Positions 25,316 through 35,146 of a stretch of DNA of 52,673 nt are shown piece by piece. This stretch comes from a virus (taxonomy: Duplodnaviria > Caudoviricetes), in IMG/VR virus record IMGVR_UViG_3300036715_001331, positions 1-52,673 of that record; one strand, written 5' to 3'. Within the stretch, counting starts at the first letter, position 1. Each line of letters begins with the position of its first letter. The position numbers were made by a program, and so were the translations under genes. The notes below the pieces were generated by a model, which had not been told where the DNA came from, made no database searches, and saw nothing but the letters and a program-made list of their open reading frames with translations.

Positions 25316-26625
25316 CAGATGATCCCCAGGGCGTTGATGGTGAAGGTGTCGACCACGTCGGCTTCGGTGTAGTAGCTGGCCTTGTCGATGGTGTGGGTGA
25401 CTTTTCGGAGCCAGAACGCGACCGGTGGGAGGCCGGTCGGGACCGCCCCAGGCCCGAGGCCGGCGAGGCCGGTCTGGCTTTTGGGAGTCCCATCGTCTCT
25501 GCGGAACATCGACGGGAACCCGGGGCCGAACTGCGCCATCATGCCGGCCGTGGTCATCGGGTCCCCGATCAAGCTCATGCTGATTTCGTACCCGATCCCG
25601 TTGGGCGCCGTCTGCTGGTCGACCATCTTGAAGGCCCAGTTGATCCCCTTGTCTGTGACCAGGGGGGCAGCAAGGGCTGCCTGGACGATGGCGGTCTTTG
25701 CGGAGGCATCGGTGTTCGGATCGTTCATGGCCTTGTCGATGGCCTGCTGGTCGATTACCCAGGTCTGGACGCTGTCGGTGGCGGCCGTGTAGCGCAGGTA
25801 GGTCGGCTGTCCGTTGGGGTAGGTCAGGACCACGTTGTCGCCGGATCCGTTGATGCCGGCATTGTTTTTCCAGTTGTAGCTGCGGACGTTCCCCCGTGTG
25901 CCGGCGCCCCACTCGAAGATTCCGGATGCGCTGGCGGCCCCGCAGACCGCGGGCGCTATCGGGAAGTTCGGCAGGTACTTCGGGTCGCAGAACACCCCGG
26001 TGAGCGTCCCGTCTTGGTTGGTGGCCATCGTGAAAACGCACCGCCACTCTCGGGCCAGGCGGACCAGGAACTGCCAGTCTGTTTCGGTCTGGCGCTCGAC
26101 GCTGGTGGAGTCGTAGAGCTCGAGGCCTCGGTCGAACTGAACCATGGGGCTTTTGAGGGTGGTGCCGGCGCCCGATGCGATCCTGTTCAAGACGTCGAGC
26201 ACAACGGTTTGTTTCGACCCGCTGTCATAGGTCTTAAACTGGGCCGGCTGGACCCAGCCCATCGACAGAAGCTGACAGCTGAACGTGCGCAGGCCGTTGT
26301 CCTGGGCGCCTCCGGAGGGATTCATGACCTGAAAGTTCAGTCCTCGGCGCTCGAGGTTTAAAGACTGCAGGTCGGCATTCCCTTGGTTCAGACCCCCGGA
26401 GAAGTCGATACCGTTCCGCTTGTATCCGAAACTGGCCTGGGTGAGTGTTCCGGCTTTGAACACCGACCCATAGAGGCCGTTGCGGTCGAGAAGGGAAAGC
26501 TGGCCGTTGGTGACCTGGCCCATCTCCTCGGTCACTGAAAAGCTCAGGATGTCGCGCGTGTCGATCAGATTCTGGGGGATGTTTGTCAGGGTGAAAAATG
26601 CCGAGGCCCGGTTTCGGTAGATCAT
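25315..26625 (-). CDS. Baseplate hub (gpD/gp27-like)
   Basis: RQTETDWQFLVRLARE, IGDP, VTHTIDKASYYTE. Confidence 0.82.
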   Translation of the reverse strand: MIYRNRASAFFTLTNIPQNLIDTRDILSFSVTEEMGQVTNGQLSLLDRNGLYGSVFKAGTLTQASFGYKRNGIDFSGGLNQGNADLQSLNLERRGLNFQVMNPSGGAQDNGLRTFSCQLLSMGWVQPAQFKTYDSGSKQTVVLDVLNRIASGAGTTLKSPMVQFDRGLELYDSTSVERQTETDWQFLVRLAREWRCVFTMATNQDGTLTGVFCDPKYLPNFPIAPAVCGAASASGIFEWGAGTRGNVRSYNWKNNAGINGSGDNVVLTYPNGQPTYLRYTAATDSVQTWVIDQQAIDKAMNDPNTDASAKTAIVQAALAAPLVTDKGINWAFKMVDQQTAPNGIGYEISMSLIGDPMTTAGMMAQFGPGFPSMFRRDDGTPKSQTGLAGLGPGAVPTGLPPVAFWLRKVTHTIDKASYYTEADVVDTFTINALGII

Positions 26626-26894
26626 CTCGGTACCTTGATCCGGCTCAAGGCGTCGTAGTTCAGCAGGTTGTCGAAGATGTCGACGATGTTGGCCTCGTCG
26701 AGCTTGTAGCTCTGGCTTTCTCCGCCGGCGCCGTAGATGGCCTCTCGGCTGGCGATCTCATCGAAGTCGTCGGCTGCGTTCCTGGCGATGACGGTGACCG
26801 CGGGGAACGTCTCGATCGGCTTCATGTCGTGGACGGTCCGGCTCACGCCGTTGATGTCCGTGAAGGCTGCAGTCGGTACTCCGATCCACCGCAT
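26622..26894 (-). CDS. Tail X / LysM-like baseplate protein
   Basis: DDFDEIA...IYG...DEAN...IKVP. Confidence 0.65.
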   Translation of the reverse strand: MRWIGVPTAAFTDINGVSRTVHDMKPIETFPAVTVIARNAADDFDEIASREAIYGAGGESQSYKLDEANIVDIFDNLLNYDALSRIKVPR

Positions 26895-27484
26895 CAGTAG
26901 GCCCCCTGGTTGGTCTGCGAAAGCGTCGAGAGCAGGCCAGTGGCGGACCCGACCAAGCCGGCGAGAGATCTGAAGGCGACCTCCTGCTGGTAGATCGGAT
27001 CCTCTTCGTCGAGGATGAGCTCGAACTCGATTTCGCTGTACTGTGGCTGGCCGGAAGCGTTGACCCATCCCATCTTGTGGGTGGCGTCAGCCTTAGCGAC
27101 CCAGTAGACCAGGGGCACGCTGCCGGTCCCCCAGTAGTAGAGCACCTTCGGGTTGCTGTTGAACCGGAAGGTGCCCGGGGACGCGAAGGCGCCCAGGAGG
27201 CCCAGGCTCTGGTTTCTCAGGGCGTCGATCTGCTTCAGGACCAGGACGTTCCCGACGTAGTTGTCGCGCATGATCAGCGGAAGAGTGAAGCTCAGTTTTC
27301 GGTTCCCTCCGCCCCCCGGGATCACTGGCTGGTAGTTCAGGCCTGGCACCGGAGCCTCGGTCAGCACGACGCTTTTGGTGTCGCGGATATCGCTGGGGAT
27401 CGTTCTGCTGGTGATCAGCTGGTAGTTCGACAGGTCAAACATGAACCACGGAATGTTGAAGGGGAACTTCGGCAGCTTCATCAT
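26894..27484 (-). CDS. Tail tube initiator-like protein
   Basis: VPGLNYQP, GNRKLSFTL; located between tape measure and LysM genes. Confidence 0.65.
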   Translation of the reverse strand: MMKLPKFPFNIPWFMFDLSNYQLITSRTIPSDIRDTKSVVLTEAPVPGLNYQPVIPGGGGNRKLSFTLPLIMRDNYVGNVLVLKQIDALRNQSLGLLGAFASPGTFRFNSNPKVLYYWGTGSVPLVYWVAKADATHKMGWVNASGQPQYSEIEFELILDEEDPIYQQEVAFRSLAGLVGSATGLLSTLSQTNQGAY

Positions 27485-28797
27485 CGCACCTTCGGTATCG
27501 GCGTTCGGCCGGTGTTTGTTTGGTTGGCCCAGATCTCGTTGATTACCTGCTCGACGCTTTCCTTGGTTTTCTTGGCCCTGGTCTGAACCTCGGCGTCGCT
27601 CATGTGAATCATGCTCTCGGCTTGCGTCACGGTAACCGTCAGGCCTCCCATGTTGATCGTTGGTCCGATGCCCATGGAGGACCCGATGTTCTGGAACGTG
27701 GCTGCGTAGGACGCTCCCTGTTTCTTGAGGAGCTCCGCCTGCTGCGATGCCAAGCTCGAGGCCTCTTTGGCCCAATCGAAGGCCTGGCCGGTGCTCAAGG
27801 CCGTTACCCCGCGGATCACGTACATGAGCCACTGCAGGGCGTCAACCAGGAGCATGATGCCGGTGGTGATCGAGGTGATGGTCAGCATGACGTCGTTGCC
27901 GAAGTTCTGGCCGATCCAAGAGAAAAAGCTCTGCCCGCCCTCCGATCCCGTGAAGTCAGAAATGTTTTTCATCAGGCCGGCGATCGCTTCGGCGACGTTG
28001 GTCAGCGGGGTCATGATCTGCGTCAGGCTGCTCTTCATGATGCCGTCCGTCAGGGCCTTCACCACGTCGCCGATCACTTTGAACGCGAGGCCTATCGCCT
28101 GCGCGAGGGGCTTGAAGAACGTTGCCATGCTGTCGCCGAGGCGGTTGGCTTTGAACAGGCCGGCGACGAAGTCCACCACGTTTTTGACGATGGCCTGAAG
28201 GTCCGCCAGGATAGCCTTGAAAATCGGGCTTTTGAAAATGCTGTTGAACGTCGCCGTCAGGAAGCTGGCAACGATGGCCAGTTTGGCGAGCAACAGGTTC
28301 ACCCCTCCCCCGATGCCCTCGGATCCAAAAATGGACCCGATGATCGGCTTCAGGATGTTGGTCCACAGCCCTGACAAGATGTTCCACAATTGCTGGGCAA
28401 GAATCACTCCGGTTCTGAACGCGTTTGCGAGCACCTGCCCCCACTTCGCGAACTGGGCACGGTTGTCCCTCACCCAGTCGAGAAGGTGTTGCAGGTACGG
28501 CCCGAGGGCCTGGCGCAACGGCCATAGGAAGTTCTTCATGAAGATGTCGTTTGCGATCTTGAACGTCTGTCCAATCTCGGGGATCTGGTTGGCGACGTTA
28601 CTGACGGCACCCTTGATGGCGGCGCCCAGGGCCTGGGCCTTGAGCATTCCCCACGTCATCGCGCTGGACATCTTCTCGCCTACGGCCTTGGTCGTCTTCT
28701 CGAGCTTCTCCAGTCCGCCGTTGGCTTTCTGGAGGCCAGCAAGAAAGGGCTTCGGGTCGAACGTAAATCCTACGTCGTCAGCTGCTGTTGCCGGCAT
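27481..28797 (-). CDS. Short tape measure protein (438 aa)
   Basis: Amphipathic helical A/L/G-rich protein after the chaperone pair. Confidence 0.8.
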   Translation of the reverse strand: MPATAADDVGFTFDPKPFLAGLQKANGGLEKLEKTTKAVGEKMSSAMTWGMLKAQALGAAIKGAVSNVANQIPEIGQTFKIANDIFMKNFLWPLRQALGPYLQHLLDWVRDNRAQFAKWGQVLANAFRTGVILAQQLWNILSGLWTNILKPIIGSIFGSEGIGGGVNLLLAKLAIVASFLTATFNSIFKSPIFKAILADLQAIVKNVVDFVAGLFKANRLGDSMATFFKPLAQAIGLAFKVIGDVVKALTDGIMKSSLTQIMTPLTNVAEAIAGLMKNISDFTGSEGGQSFFSWIGQNFGNDVMLTITSITTGIMLLVDALQWLMYVIRGVTALSTGQAFDWAKEASSLASQQAELLKKQGASYAATFQNIGSSMGIGPTINMGGLTVTVTQAESMIHMSDAEVQTRAKKTKESVEQVINEIWANQTNTGRTPIPKVR

Positions 28798-29038
28798 TTT
28801 GTGTCCCTCCCTCGCTCTTCTTGCTCAATTCCGCGATCATGGCCTGGTAGTCGTCCCAGGCCATCTCCTGGCAATCCTGGTAGCGGATCCCGCCGAATGT
28901 CGCCCTGGCGACCGAGACGGCCTCAAGGATCAAGCTCCGGTGGTCCACGTCGAGGCCCGAAACGGCCGGAACCATCCAGAGCTCCCTGACGGTCTTCCGG
29001 GCTGCTACTGGGCTCCCTGAAGACCGGACGCGAAAAAA
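28778..29038 (-). CDS. Tail chaperone -1 frameshift extension (GT-like)
   Basis: -1 frame is open from the slippery T TTT TTC (29038-29032) to the tape measure start. Confidence 0.65.
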   Translation of the reverse strand, partial: FFRVRSSGSPVAARKTVRELWMVPAVSGLDVDHRSLILEAVSVARATFGGIRYQDCQEMAWDDYQAMIAELSKKSEGGTQNAGNSS

Positions 29039-29835
29039 TCTTGCGTTGGCACCACGGCGTGGTACTTCTTCCCGCACTGGGCGCAGACCACCTCCATCCG
29101 GTTGTCGAGGCCGTAGTCGGTCAGGGCCTTGGCGATGGTCCGGACGTCGGCAAGGTCCATCCGCTCAAAGAGCTTATCCCACCACTGCAGGCGCCACTTG
29201 TCGTCGACCGGTTCTCCGTCGACCTCGCGAATGCTCTGCGCCCAGGCGAAATACTGGAGCCTGGTCGTGTCGTTCAGGCCCACCCGCTTTTGGGCTGCGA
29301 TCAGGCTCCTGAGAGTCGGGATTTCGAACAGGATTTCGCTGGCCGAAAGAAGGGTTACTTCTGTCCGCTCTCTGGTGCTCTTGCTCACAATCTCGATCGG
29401 GTACTCGAGCTTGACCAATGGCTCCGGCACGACCGGCACCGGGCCGGTTTCCTCCTCGAGCTCGGAGACCACCAGGGGAAGGTCCCGGAGTCGGGGGCTT
29501 TGTTGCGTGGTCTTGGTCTTGCAGACCGGGCAGGTGCAGATCATGTCGATGGGGTCGTCGGCGCCGATGCTGGCGAGGGCCATGAGCGACAGGTACTCGG
29601 TGTTCACGTACGGTCCCTCGAGCAACAGGGTCTTGATCTGCCCGCGGTCTTCCTCCCGCCCGCCGGCCTCGTCGACCAAGGCCGAAACCCCGCCAGAGGC
29701 CAGGATGTGCATGGCGAGCCATGGCTCGCCGTTGTCCCTGGCCTTGCTGGCGTCAGCCAGGGCCATGCCCTTGAGGCGCCCGCTGTCGGCGCCGATGATC
29801 ATCCGGTCTACCCGGTAAGGTACCGGCAGCTTCAT
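29005..29835 (-). CDS. Tail assembly chaperone with two CxxC motifs
   Basis: CPVC and CAQC; between tube and tape measure; ends ...QDFF at the slippery site. Confidence 0.75.
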   Translation of the reverse strand: MKLPVPYRVDRMIIGADSGRLKGMALADASKARDNGEPWLAMHILASGGVSALVDEAGGREEDRGQIKTLLLEGPYVNTEYLSLMALASIGADDPIDMICTCPVCKTKTTQQSPRLRDLPLVVSELEEETGPVPVVPEPLVKLEYPIEIVSKSTRERTEVTLLSASEILFEIPTLRSLIAAQKRVGLNDTTRLQYFAWAQSIREVDGEPVDDKWRLQWWDKLFERMDLADVRTIAKALTDYGLDNRMEVVCAQCGKKYHAVVPTQDFFASGLQGAQ

Positions 29836-30257
29836 GCGAGGGCGTCCATCGGGGTGAAGTCGAACGGGATGAAGGTGGCCTCAAGCTGGGCGAACTTGGG
29901 CGAGGCGGCATCGTAGTCCGGCTCGGAGAACTTGATGCACTCGGCGCCGGGGGCGAGGTCCCTGGCGAACTCGGTACCCGTGGCGTCGCACCGGAGGATG
30001 GTCAGGTCGTGGACCTCGTTGTTGAGGTACCAGTTGCGGATGGTTGCCAGGGCCGTTCCGCCCTTGGCGATCTTGTACTTGACCTGGACCATGGGGATCT
30101 TTGTGACGCCGTTCTGGATGTTCCGCTTCTTGGCGAACTCCGGAACCTCTATGACGTCCTTTTCCATCTCGACCGCGCCCACGTAGACGAGGTCGGGAAT
30201 CTCGATGCCGTCGACCAGCAGGCGCTTCTTTTCAGCGAGGTCGTTTCTCTGGCTCAT
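29832..30257 (-). CDS. Tail tube protein (T4 gp19-like)
   Basis: 141 aa, beta-rich, downstream of the sheath; DYDAAS motif. Confidence 0.75.
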   Translation of the reverse strand: MSQRNDLAEKKRLLVDGIEIPDLVYVGAVEMEKDVIEVPEFAKKRNIQNGVTKIPMVQVKYKIAKGGTALATIRNWYLNNEVHDLTILRCDATGTEFARDLAPGAECIKFSEPDYDAASPKFAQLEATFIPFDFTPMDALA

Positions 30258-30260
30258 GGG

Positions 30261-30842
30261 TTACTCCTGCCCGGTCGGGGCGGTGGGTCCGCCGTTGGGG
30301 CCGGACTGCGAGTCGAGCGGGCCGGTGCCGGCTGGCGCCGGGACGGTGGGAGCGCCGTCCTGGGTGGACGCCGGGGCCGGCTCGCTTCCGGGGGCCGATT
30401 CGGGGTCGGTCTGGGGAGACTCCGCGGTGTCGACCTTCTGCTGAAGCTGAAGCTCGAGGGCCTCGACCTGCTTCTGGAGCTCGGTGGCGTTGTCCCTGGC
30501 GGCTTCGGTGGCTTGGCGCTCGGTTTCCAGCTGGGCCATGTAGGAGTCGCGCTGGGCCTCGACTTCGAGGATCTTGGCCTCGGCCTGGTCGGCTCGGGCG
30601 ATGGCGCCCTGGTACTCCGCGGGGTCGATGGCCTCCGCGGGGCCTTCGTACTCGGGGACGGCCTCGGCGGTGCCGTGCTCGGTCACCAGATCCTTGAGGT
30701 TGGCGGTCAGGGGGTGGCCCTTCTTGAGCAGGGTGGCGGCCTCGTCCAGAAGGCGCTTGCCCTCCTCGAAGGCGTTTCCTGCCAGCGACTGGGCGCCGAC
30801 GAGGATGGACTGGGCAACGATCAGAGCGTGCTTGATGGTCAT
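30261..30842 (-). CDS. Hypothetical coiled-coil protein with Pro-rich tail, between sheath and tube
   Basis: RBS AAGGAGAG; strong GC3 bias. Confidence 0.75.
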   Translation of the reverse strand: MTIKHALIVAQSILVGAQSLAGNAFEEGKRLLDEAATLLKKGHPLTANLKDLVTEHGTAEAVPEYEGPAEAIDPAEYQGAIARADQAEAKILEVEAQRDSYMAQLETERQATEAARDNATELQKQVEALELQLQQKVDTAESPQTDPESAPGSEPAPASTQDGAPTVPAPAGTGPLDSQSGPNGGPTAPTGQE

Positions 30843-30856
30843 GATTCTCTCTCCTT

Positions 30857-32722
30857 CTAGTTCCTGAGCAGGATGCCGACCCCGATCCGGATGGATCCGG
30901 CGGGGACCGGGTAGGTAAAGTACACGTCGTAGTTCTGCTGCCCGGCGTTGAGTCCGGACTGCGGATTGTTGATGGCGTCGGCCTTGACCTCGAAATGGTC
31001 GGAGAACTTGGTCGGGGTGACGCCGTCGCTGGCGAAGGTCTGCCCGAAGGTTTCGCCGGTGGGCACGTTTCCGGTGCTGCCGGCGTTCCAAAGGTTGATC
31101 AGGAAGTTGAGAATTCCGGCCTTCGATTCCTTCAAGAAGGCATAGCTGTTGGGGGTGTTTTCCCGGCCCTGCATCGACGAGGTGACGCTGGCCTTGATGA
31201 ATTCCCGCATGAGAACCCCGTTTGCCCACTGAAACTCGAGGGTGGTGCTGGGCGTGAAGAAGTTTCGGATGACGATGCCGTAGCCCGGCAGTTGCTGGAC
31301 CACGTTCACGCCGGCGTTGCACACGTCGGTCCGGTCGACGTCGTTGAGGATCTGGTCGCCCGACACCCCGATGCATCCCAGGAGGTTGATGTCTTTGGTG
31401 GCCGGGATGTAGTGGATGCCTTTGAAGTAGATCGATTGGATCCAGGCGCCCATGGCGTGACCGGTGGCCGGCACGTGTCTGGGGGGCGCCGTGGGGCTAG
31501 TGGCGTAGGGGTCCGTCGCCAGGAGCCAGTGGCCGATGTTGACCTGCATCACGTCGTCGGCCCGCTGGTACTGAACACCCCAGGCGAGCATGGAGCTTTT
31601 GCTCATGGCCTCGGGGCCGTGGACCAGGGCCTTCGGGCTGTCGTTTGTGGTCCTGTTCTTCAGGTAGCTCTCGAAGGCCTTCTGGGTCGGGATGTCGGTC
31701 GTCTCGGGGAGGCATGCCATCACGAACGGGATGTTGTTCAGGTTCTGCATCAGCGGGGTGAAGGCTGCGGCGTTGGCCGGCTGGGTACCGTCCACTCCTA
31801 GTGCGCTGGGTGCGACCGCGGTGGGGTACAGAGTCGTCGCGTTGGTGAAGCTGGTTCCGGACGGGGTCTTCTTGTCCGCCGTCGACGTGGTGGTGTTGAC
31901 GCTGACCAGGAGGTAGTTCGAGTTCGCGAACACGGCCGGCGCGTAGTAAGGGGTGGCGTTCGGGTTGAGCGACAGCCATTGCTGGCTCAGGGCGACGTCG
32001 ACCTCGGTCTCGGCGCCAGCCGGAGTTTTGTACCACGTGTGGATTTTGAAGGCCGACACGCTGAGGGGGTCGCCGATGGCCATGGTTGTGGCGGTCGTGA
32101 CCACGGTCACGGTGATCTGGTTGAGGATCGGGTTGACCGCGGTGACGGTGCCCCATTGCGTGCCCGGGGTGCCGCCGGTCCATGCGCCGGTGACGATGTC
32201 GCCGACGTAGATTCCCGCGACGCTGGACAGCGACAGCACCTGGCTGGCGCCGGCGCTCGAGGTGGCCGTGGCCGCTACGGTGTAGCGCACGCCGGTTTCG
32301 ATTCGGACACCGACCCGGTTGCCCGCTGCCCCGTACTGGGGATAGGGCACGCCGAGGTATGTCAGGCCCGGCTGAATGGTCAGCGGGTACTGAACGGTGC
32401 CCATGGTGTCAGGGATGCCGAGCGTGGCAGCCACGTCACCGGACCAGTTGGGGCTCGAAACCCAGAGCGTTGCGCCGGCGCCTTTGAGGTTGGCGAAGAA
32501 CCCGTCGACGGCGTCGGGGCCGTAGTAGGTGCTGGGCTGGTTAAGGCGCTGGCCGAACTGGCGCCAGACATCCTGGGGCGTGTTGGACGGGAACGGGACG
32601 GTGAACTTCCTCTCGAAAAATCCCATGATGGCGGCGACCGTGAACACGGCCGGCTGCACGCTCAGGGTTTTCTTGGTCGGGTTGGATTCTCCGTATACGC
32701 CTTGGCGACGAAGTCCTGGCAT
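30857..32722 (-). CDS. Tail sheath protein
   Basis: GVYGE, FFANLKG, VPATGHAMG, GVNVVQQLPGYGIVI, FEVKADAINNP, PVPAGSIRI. Confidence 0.93.
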   Translation of the reverse strand: MPGLRRQGVYGESNPTKKTLSVQPAVFTVAAIMGFFERKFTVPFPSNTPQDVWRQFGQRLNQPSTYYGPDAVDGFFANLKGAGATLWVSSPNWSGDVAATLGIPDTMGTVQYPLTIQPGLTYLGVPYPQYGAAGNRVGVRIETGVRYTVAATATSSAGASQVLSLSSVAGIYVGDIVTGAWTGGTPGTQWGTVTAVNPILNQITVTVVTTATTMAIGDPLSVSAFKIHTWYKTPAGAETEVDVALSQQWLSLNPNATPYYAPAVFANSNYLLVSVNTTTSTADKKTPSGTSFTNATTLYPTAVAPSALGVDGTQPANAAAFTPLMQNLNNIPFVMACLPETTDIPTQKAFESYLKNRTTNDSPKALVHGPEAMSKSSMLAWGVQYQRADDVMQVNIGHWLLATDPYATSPTAPPRHVPATGHAMGAWIQSIYFKGIHYIPATKDINLLGCIGVSGDQILNDVDRTDVCNAGVNVVQQLPGYGIVIRNFFTPSTTLEFQWANGVLMREFIKASVTSSMQGRENTPNSYAFLKESKAGILNFLINLWNAGSTGNVPTGETFGQTFASDGVTPTKFSDHFEVKADAINNPQSGLNAGQQNYDVYFTYPVPAGSIRIGVGILLRN

Positions 32723-32965
32723 TTAGTTCACCTCCTGAACGGTGAAGAACCCGGCTTGCTTCTTGGCCTGGAAGTCGGGATGGTCGATGATTTCCCTCGG
32801 GAGGGTCTTGCTTTCGTAGGCGCTCCACGTCGAGTGGATGCTCCCGTTGATCCAAAGTTCAAACGCCCGGTTGTGCTGAAAGCACACGGTCGGGTCTTTG
32901 GCGGGGGCCGGCGCGGGCGGAGCCTTGGGGGGCTTTTCCGGGGCCTGGGTTTGCTCGTCGCTCAA
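32723..32965 (-). CDS. Small hypothetical virion-region protein
   Basis: Fills the gap before the sheath; coupled. Confidence 0.65.
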   Translation of the reverse strand: MSDEQTQAPEKPPKAPPAPAPAKDPTVCFQHNRAFELWINGSIHSTWSAYESKTLPREIIDHPDFQAKKQAGFFTVQEVN

Positions 32966-34170
32966 TTGATGCCTCCTGTGTGAAGGTTGGGCAGGACGCC
33001 TACCTTCGTGGTGAACGTGGCGGCCGGCGTTGTGAAGGCGGGCAGGAACGTCCGGGCCTGTCTTTCCTCGAATGCGTCGACCTCGATTCTAAACTGGATT
33101 TTCGGGATCTGGATAGTGGCCTCTGTCGGCTCGACGCTGGCGGTCTGCCAGTCGATCCGCAGGTCGTTCCTCCTGGCGTTGATCCAGACGCTTTGCCCTC
33201 CGAGCCACCACCGGACCGCCCGGCTCAAAAGGGCCAGTGTCTGCACCTGCCTGGCTTCGCAGTCGATCAGAACCTCGTAGGTCTGTTGCATGACGTTCTT
33301 GCGAACCGCTGCGCCCCCGCTTGGCGTGAACGTGTCGACGATGGTGCCGACGTCCGAGGAGCTCTGGTCCGGCACGGGGTTGAGGCCCCAGATTGTGATG
33401 GCCGGGACGACGGCTTCTTTTTCGGTGACGCCGTACTCGACAGGAATCCAAAGGCTGATGCTGGCTGGCGCATACGAGAACTTGAGCGCCTGGCCGTCGT
33501 AGAGGCTGGTGAACTGGACGGCGCTCTCGTCCCACCGCTGGATCTGGTGGTACTCGGTGTGTGTGCCGTCTGTGAACTTGAGGACTGCTCCCCGCTCGAG
33601 AAAGCTGGGCCAGGGCGAGAATGCGACCGACGTGGCGCCGGCGGCGAGGGTCTTGCTGCCGATGGTCGGCAGGGTGAAGGTCGCCAGAGCCTGGCGGATT
33701 CCGTCCTGGATGCCGGAGTAGACGTCCAGAGGGTACTCGTCGGTGACGGCGTAGCACCCGGAAATAATCAGCCAGTCTTCATTGTTTGTCTGGGGGATGA
33801 TCTTGATCTGCGAGGCGTCGGTCCATCCGTTGATGCCGATGTCGACGGCGTCAAAGGTCATCGGGGTCGGGAGCATGAAGACGTTCCCACCTCCGAAGTC
33901 GATTTCGTAGGCGTAGTCGGCCGGCTTGTTCTGGGTGGCCCTGCGCTGCTGGCGGCTCCAGACCGACAGCACGATGCTCGAGGCCCCGGGGAAGCTGGCG
34001 CTGACGTTTTTCACGAAGCTTTGGCCGAGGCTGTTGGGCGGGATGTAGATGACCAGGCTCGCTCCGAGATTGTTGGCGATGAACTCTTCGACTTGGTTGA
34101 CGGTGAAGGTCGCTCCTACAGGGCCGGTCCATCCGGCTGCGCTGGTCAGGGTGTCGATGGGGGTGAGCAT
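32962..34170 (-). CDS. Tail terminator/completion protein with extra N-terminal domains
   Basis: VPAITIWG and YEVLIDCEAR in the C-terminal part; position before the sheath. Confidence 0.55.
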   Translation of the reverse strand: MLTPIDTLTSAAGWTGPVGATFTVNQVEEFIANNLGASLVIYIPPNSLGQSFVKNVSASFPGASSIVLSVWSRQQRRATQNKPADYAYEIDFGGGNVFMLPTPMTFDAVDIGINGWTDASQIKIIPQTNNEDWLIISGCYAVTDEYPLDVYSGIQDGIRQALATFTLPTIGSKTLAAGATSVAFSPWPSFLERGAVLKFTDGTHTEYHQIQRWDESAVQFTSLYDGQALKFSYAPASISLWIPVEYGVTEKEAVVPAITIWGLNPVPDQSSSDVGTIVDTFTPSGGAAVRKNVMQQTYEVLIDCEARQVQTLALLSRAVRWWLGGQSVWINARRNDLRIDWQTASVEPTEATIQIPKIQFRIEVDAFEERQARTFLPAFTTPAATFTTKVGVLPNLHTGGIN

Positions 34171-34820
34171 CAGGCGTCCCACTTTCCCCAGGGCTCACCC
34201 GCGGGGCCTTCATGCTTTGCCATTTCCTCGATGGCCTTGGCGTCGCCGTCTCGCACCAGCTTGACGATGGCCTCTTTCACCATCTTGGTGTTCTCGGTCC
34301 TCTTGAGCTTGCGCATCAGGGTGTTGTAGGCGACGTGGAGCGCCGGCCGGGGTGGGATCCGGATCAGGATGCCCCGGCCGAACCCGTTCTCGATCGTCCG
34401 GCCGTATTCGTGGACCTGGAACAGGTCGGCCAGCTTGATCGGTTTTCTTCCGGCTTCGATGTCTTCCTGGGTCTGGTGGTGGAACCCTTCGGCGGGTCGG
34501 ACCCAGTATTTCCGGCCGTTGGCGTCCCTGGTGATCCGCATCATGTTGGCGTAGGTCATCTTCTCTTCGTCGTCGTCACCCCACCCGTAGAGGGGGGTTT
34601 CGGGCTGGGCCTGGCCGAGCGCCTCTTTCCTCGAGATCGTGGTGTCTCTCAACGGCTCGAGGCCGAGCTCGTCGTTCTTGATGCCGTCGTGGAAGATCTC
34701 GATCACCTCGATCGCTCTCTTTTTGGCGCTGGTTTCGATGGCGTCGAGGACGATCTTGGGGAGTCTCTTGATCCGGCTTTTTTTGGCCTCGAAGTTTTTT
34801 GAGAACCGGGCTTTGATCAT
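34170..34820 (-). CDS. Neck / tail completion protein
   Basis: PLRDTTISRK, VHEYG, IPPRP motifs. Confidence 0.7.
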   Translation of the reverse strand: MIKARFSKNFEAKKSRIKRLPKIVLDAIETSAKKRAIEVIEIFHDGIKNDELGLEPLRDTTISRKEALGQAQPETPLYGWGDDDEEKMTYANMMRITRDANGRKYWVRPAEGFHHQTQEDIEAGRKPIKLADLFQVHEYGRTIENGFGRGILIRIPPRPALHVAYNTLMRKLKRTENTKMVKEAIVKLVRDGDAKAIEEMAKHEGPAGEPWGKWDA

Positions 34821-35146
34821 TCGGGCCTCTGAGGGAGTTCCATGGTTTTCCCGGCGCTGGTATGCGGGCAGTCCGGCAGGAACTGGATTTTCCCGTCCGT
34901 CACGAACGAGTGGCAGCAGGTCTTCTGTCCTCGGCCGAGACCGGGGTGCGTTGGCATATAGAAGTGGTCTCCGGGGCTCCACTGGACGGCCTCCAGCTTC
35001 ACGCTCGGGGTGAAGCTGGGCTCGTCAAGGGATCCGTTCCATCCCCAACCGGTGTCTGGCGTCACGTTGACGGCGTGCTCGGTGTTGCACCCCGGGCACC
35101 AGAACGACAGATAGGGCGGGTGCGGGTTGAACCATGCTTTGGCCAT
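34817..35146 (-). CDS. DUF6527-like Cys/His protein, paralog 2
   Basis: CPGC..EH, WGWNG..PSFTPS, CHSFVTDGKIQFLPDCPHTSAGKT; coupled at both ends. Confidence 0.75.
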   Translation of the reverse strand: MAKAWFNPHPPYLSFWCPGCNTEHAVNVTPDTGWGWNGSLDEPSFTPSVKLEAVQWSPGDHFYMPTHPGLGRGQKTCCHSFVTDGKIQFLPDCPHTSAGKTMELPQRPE

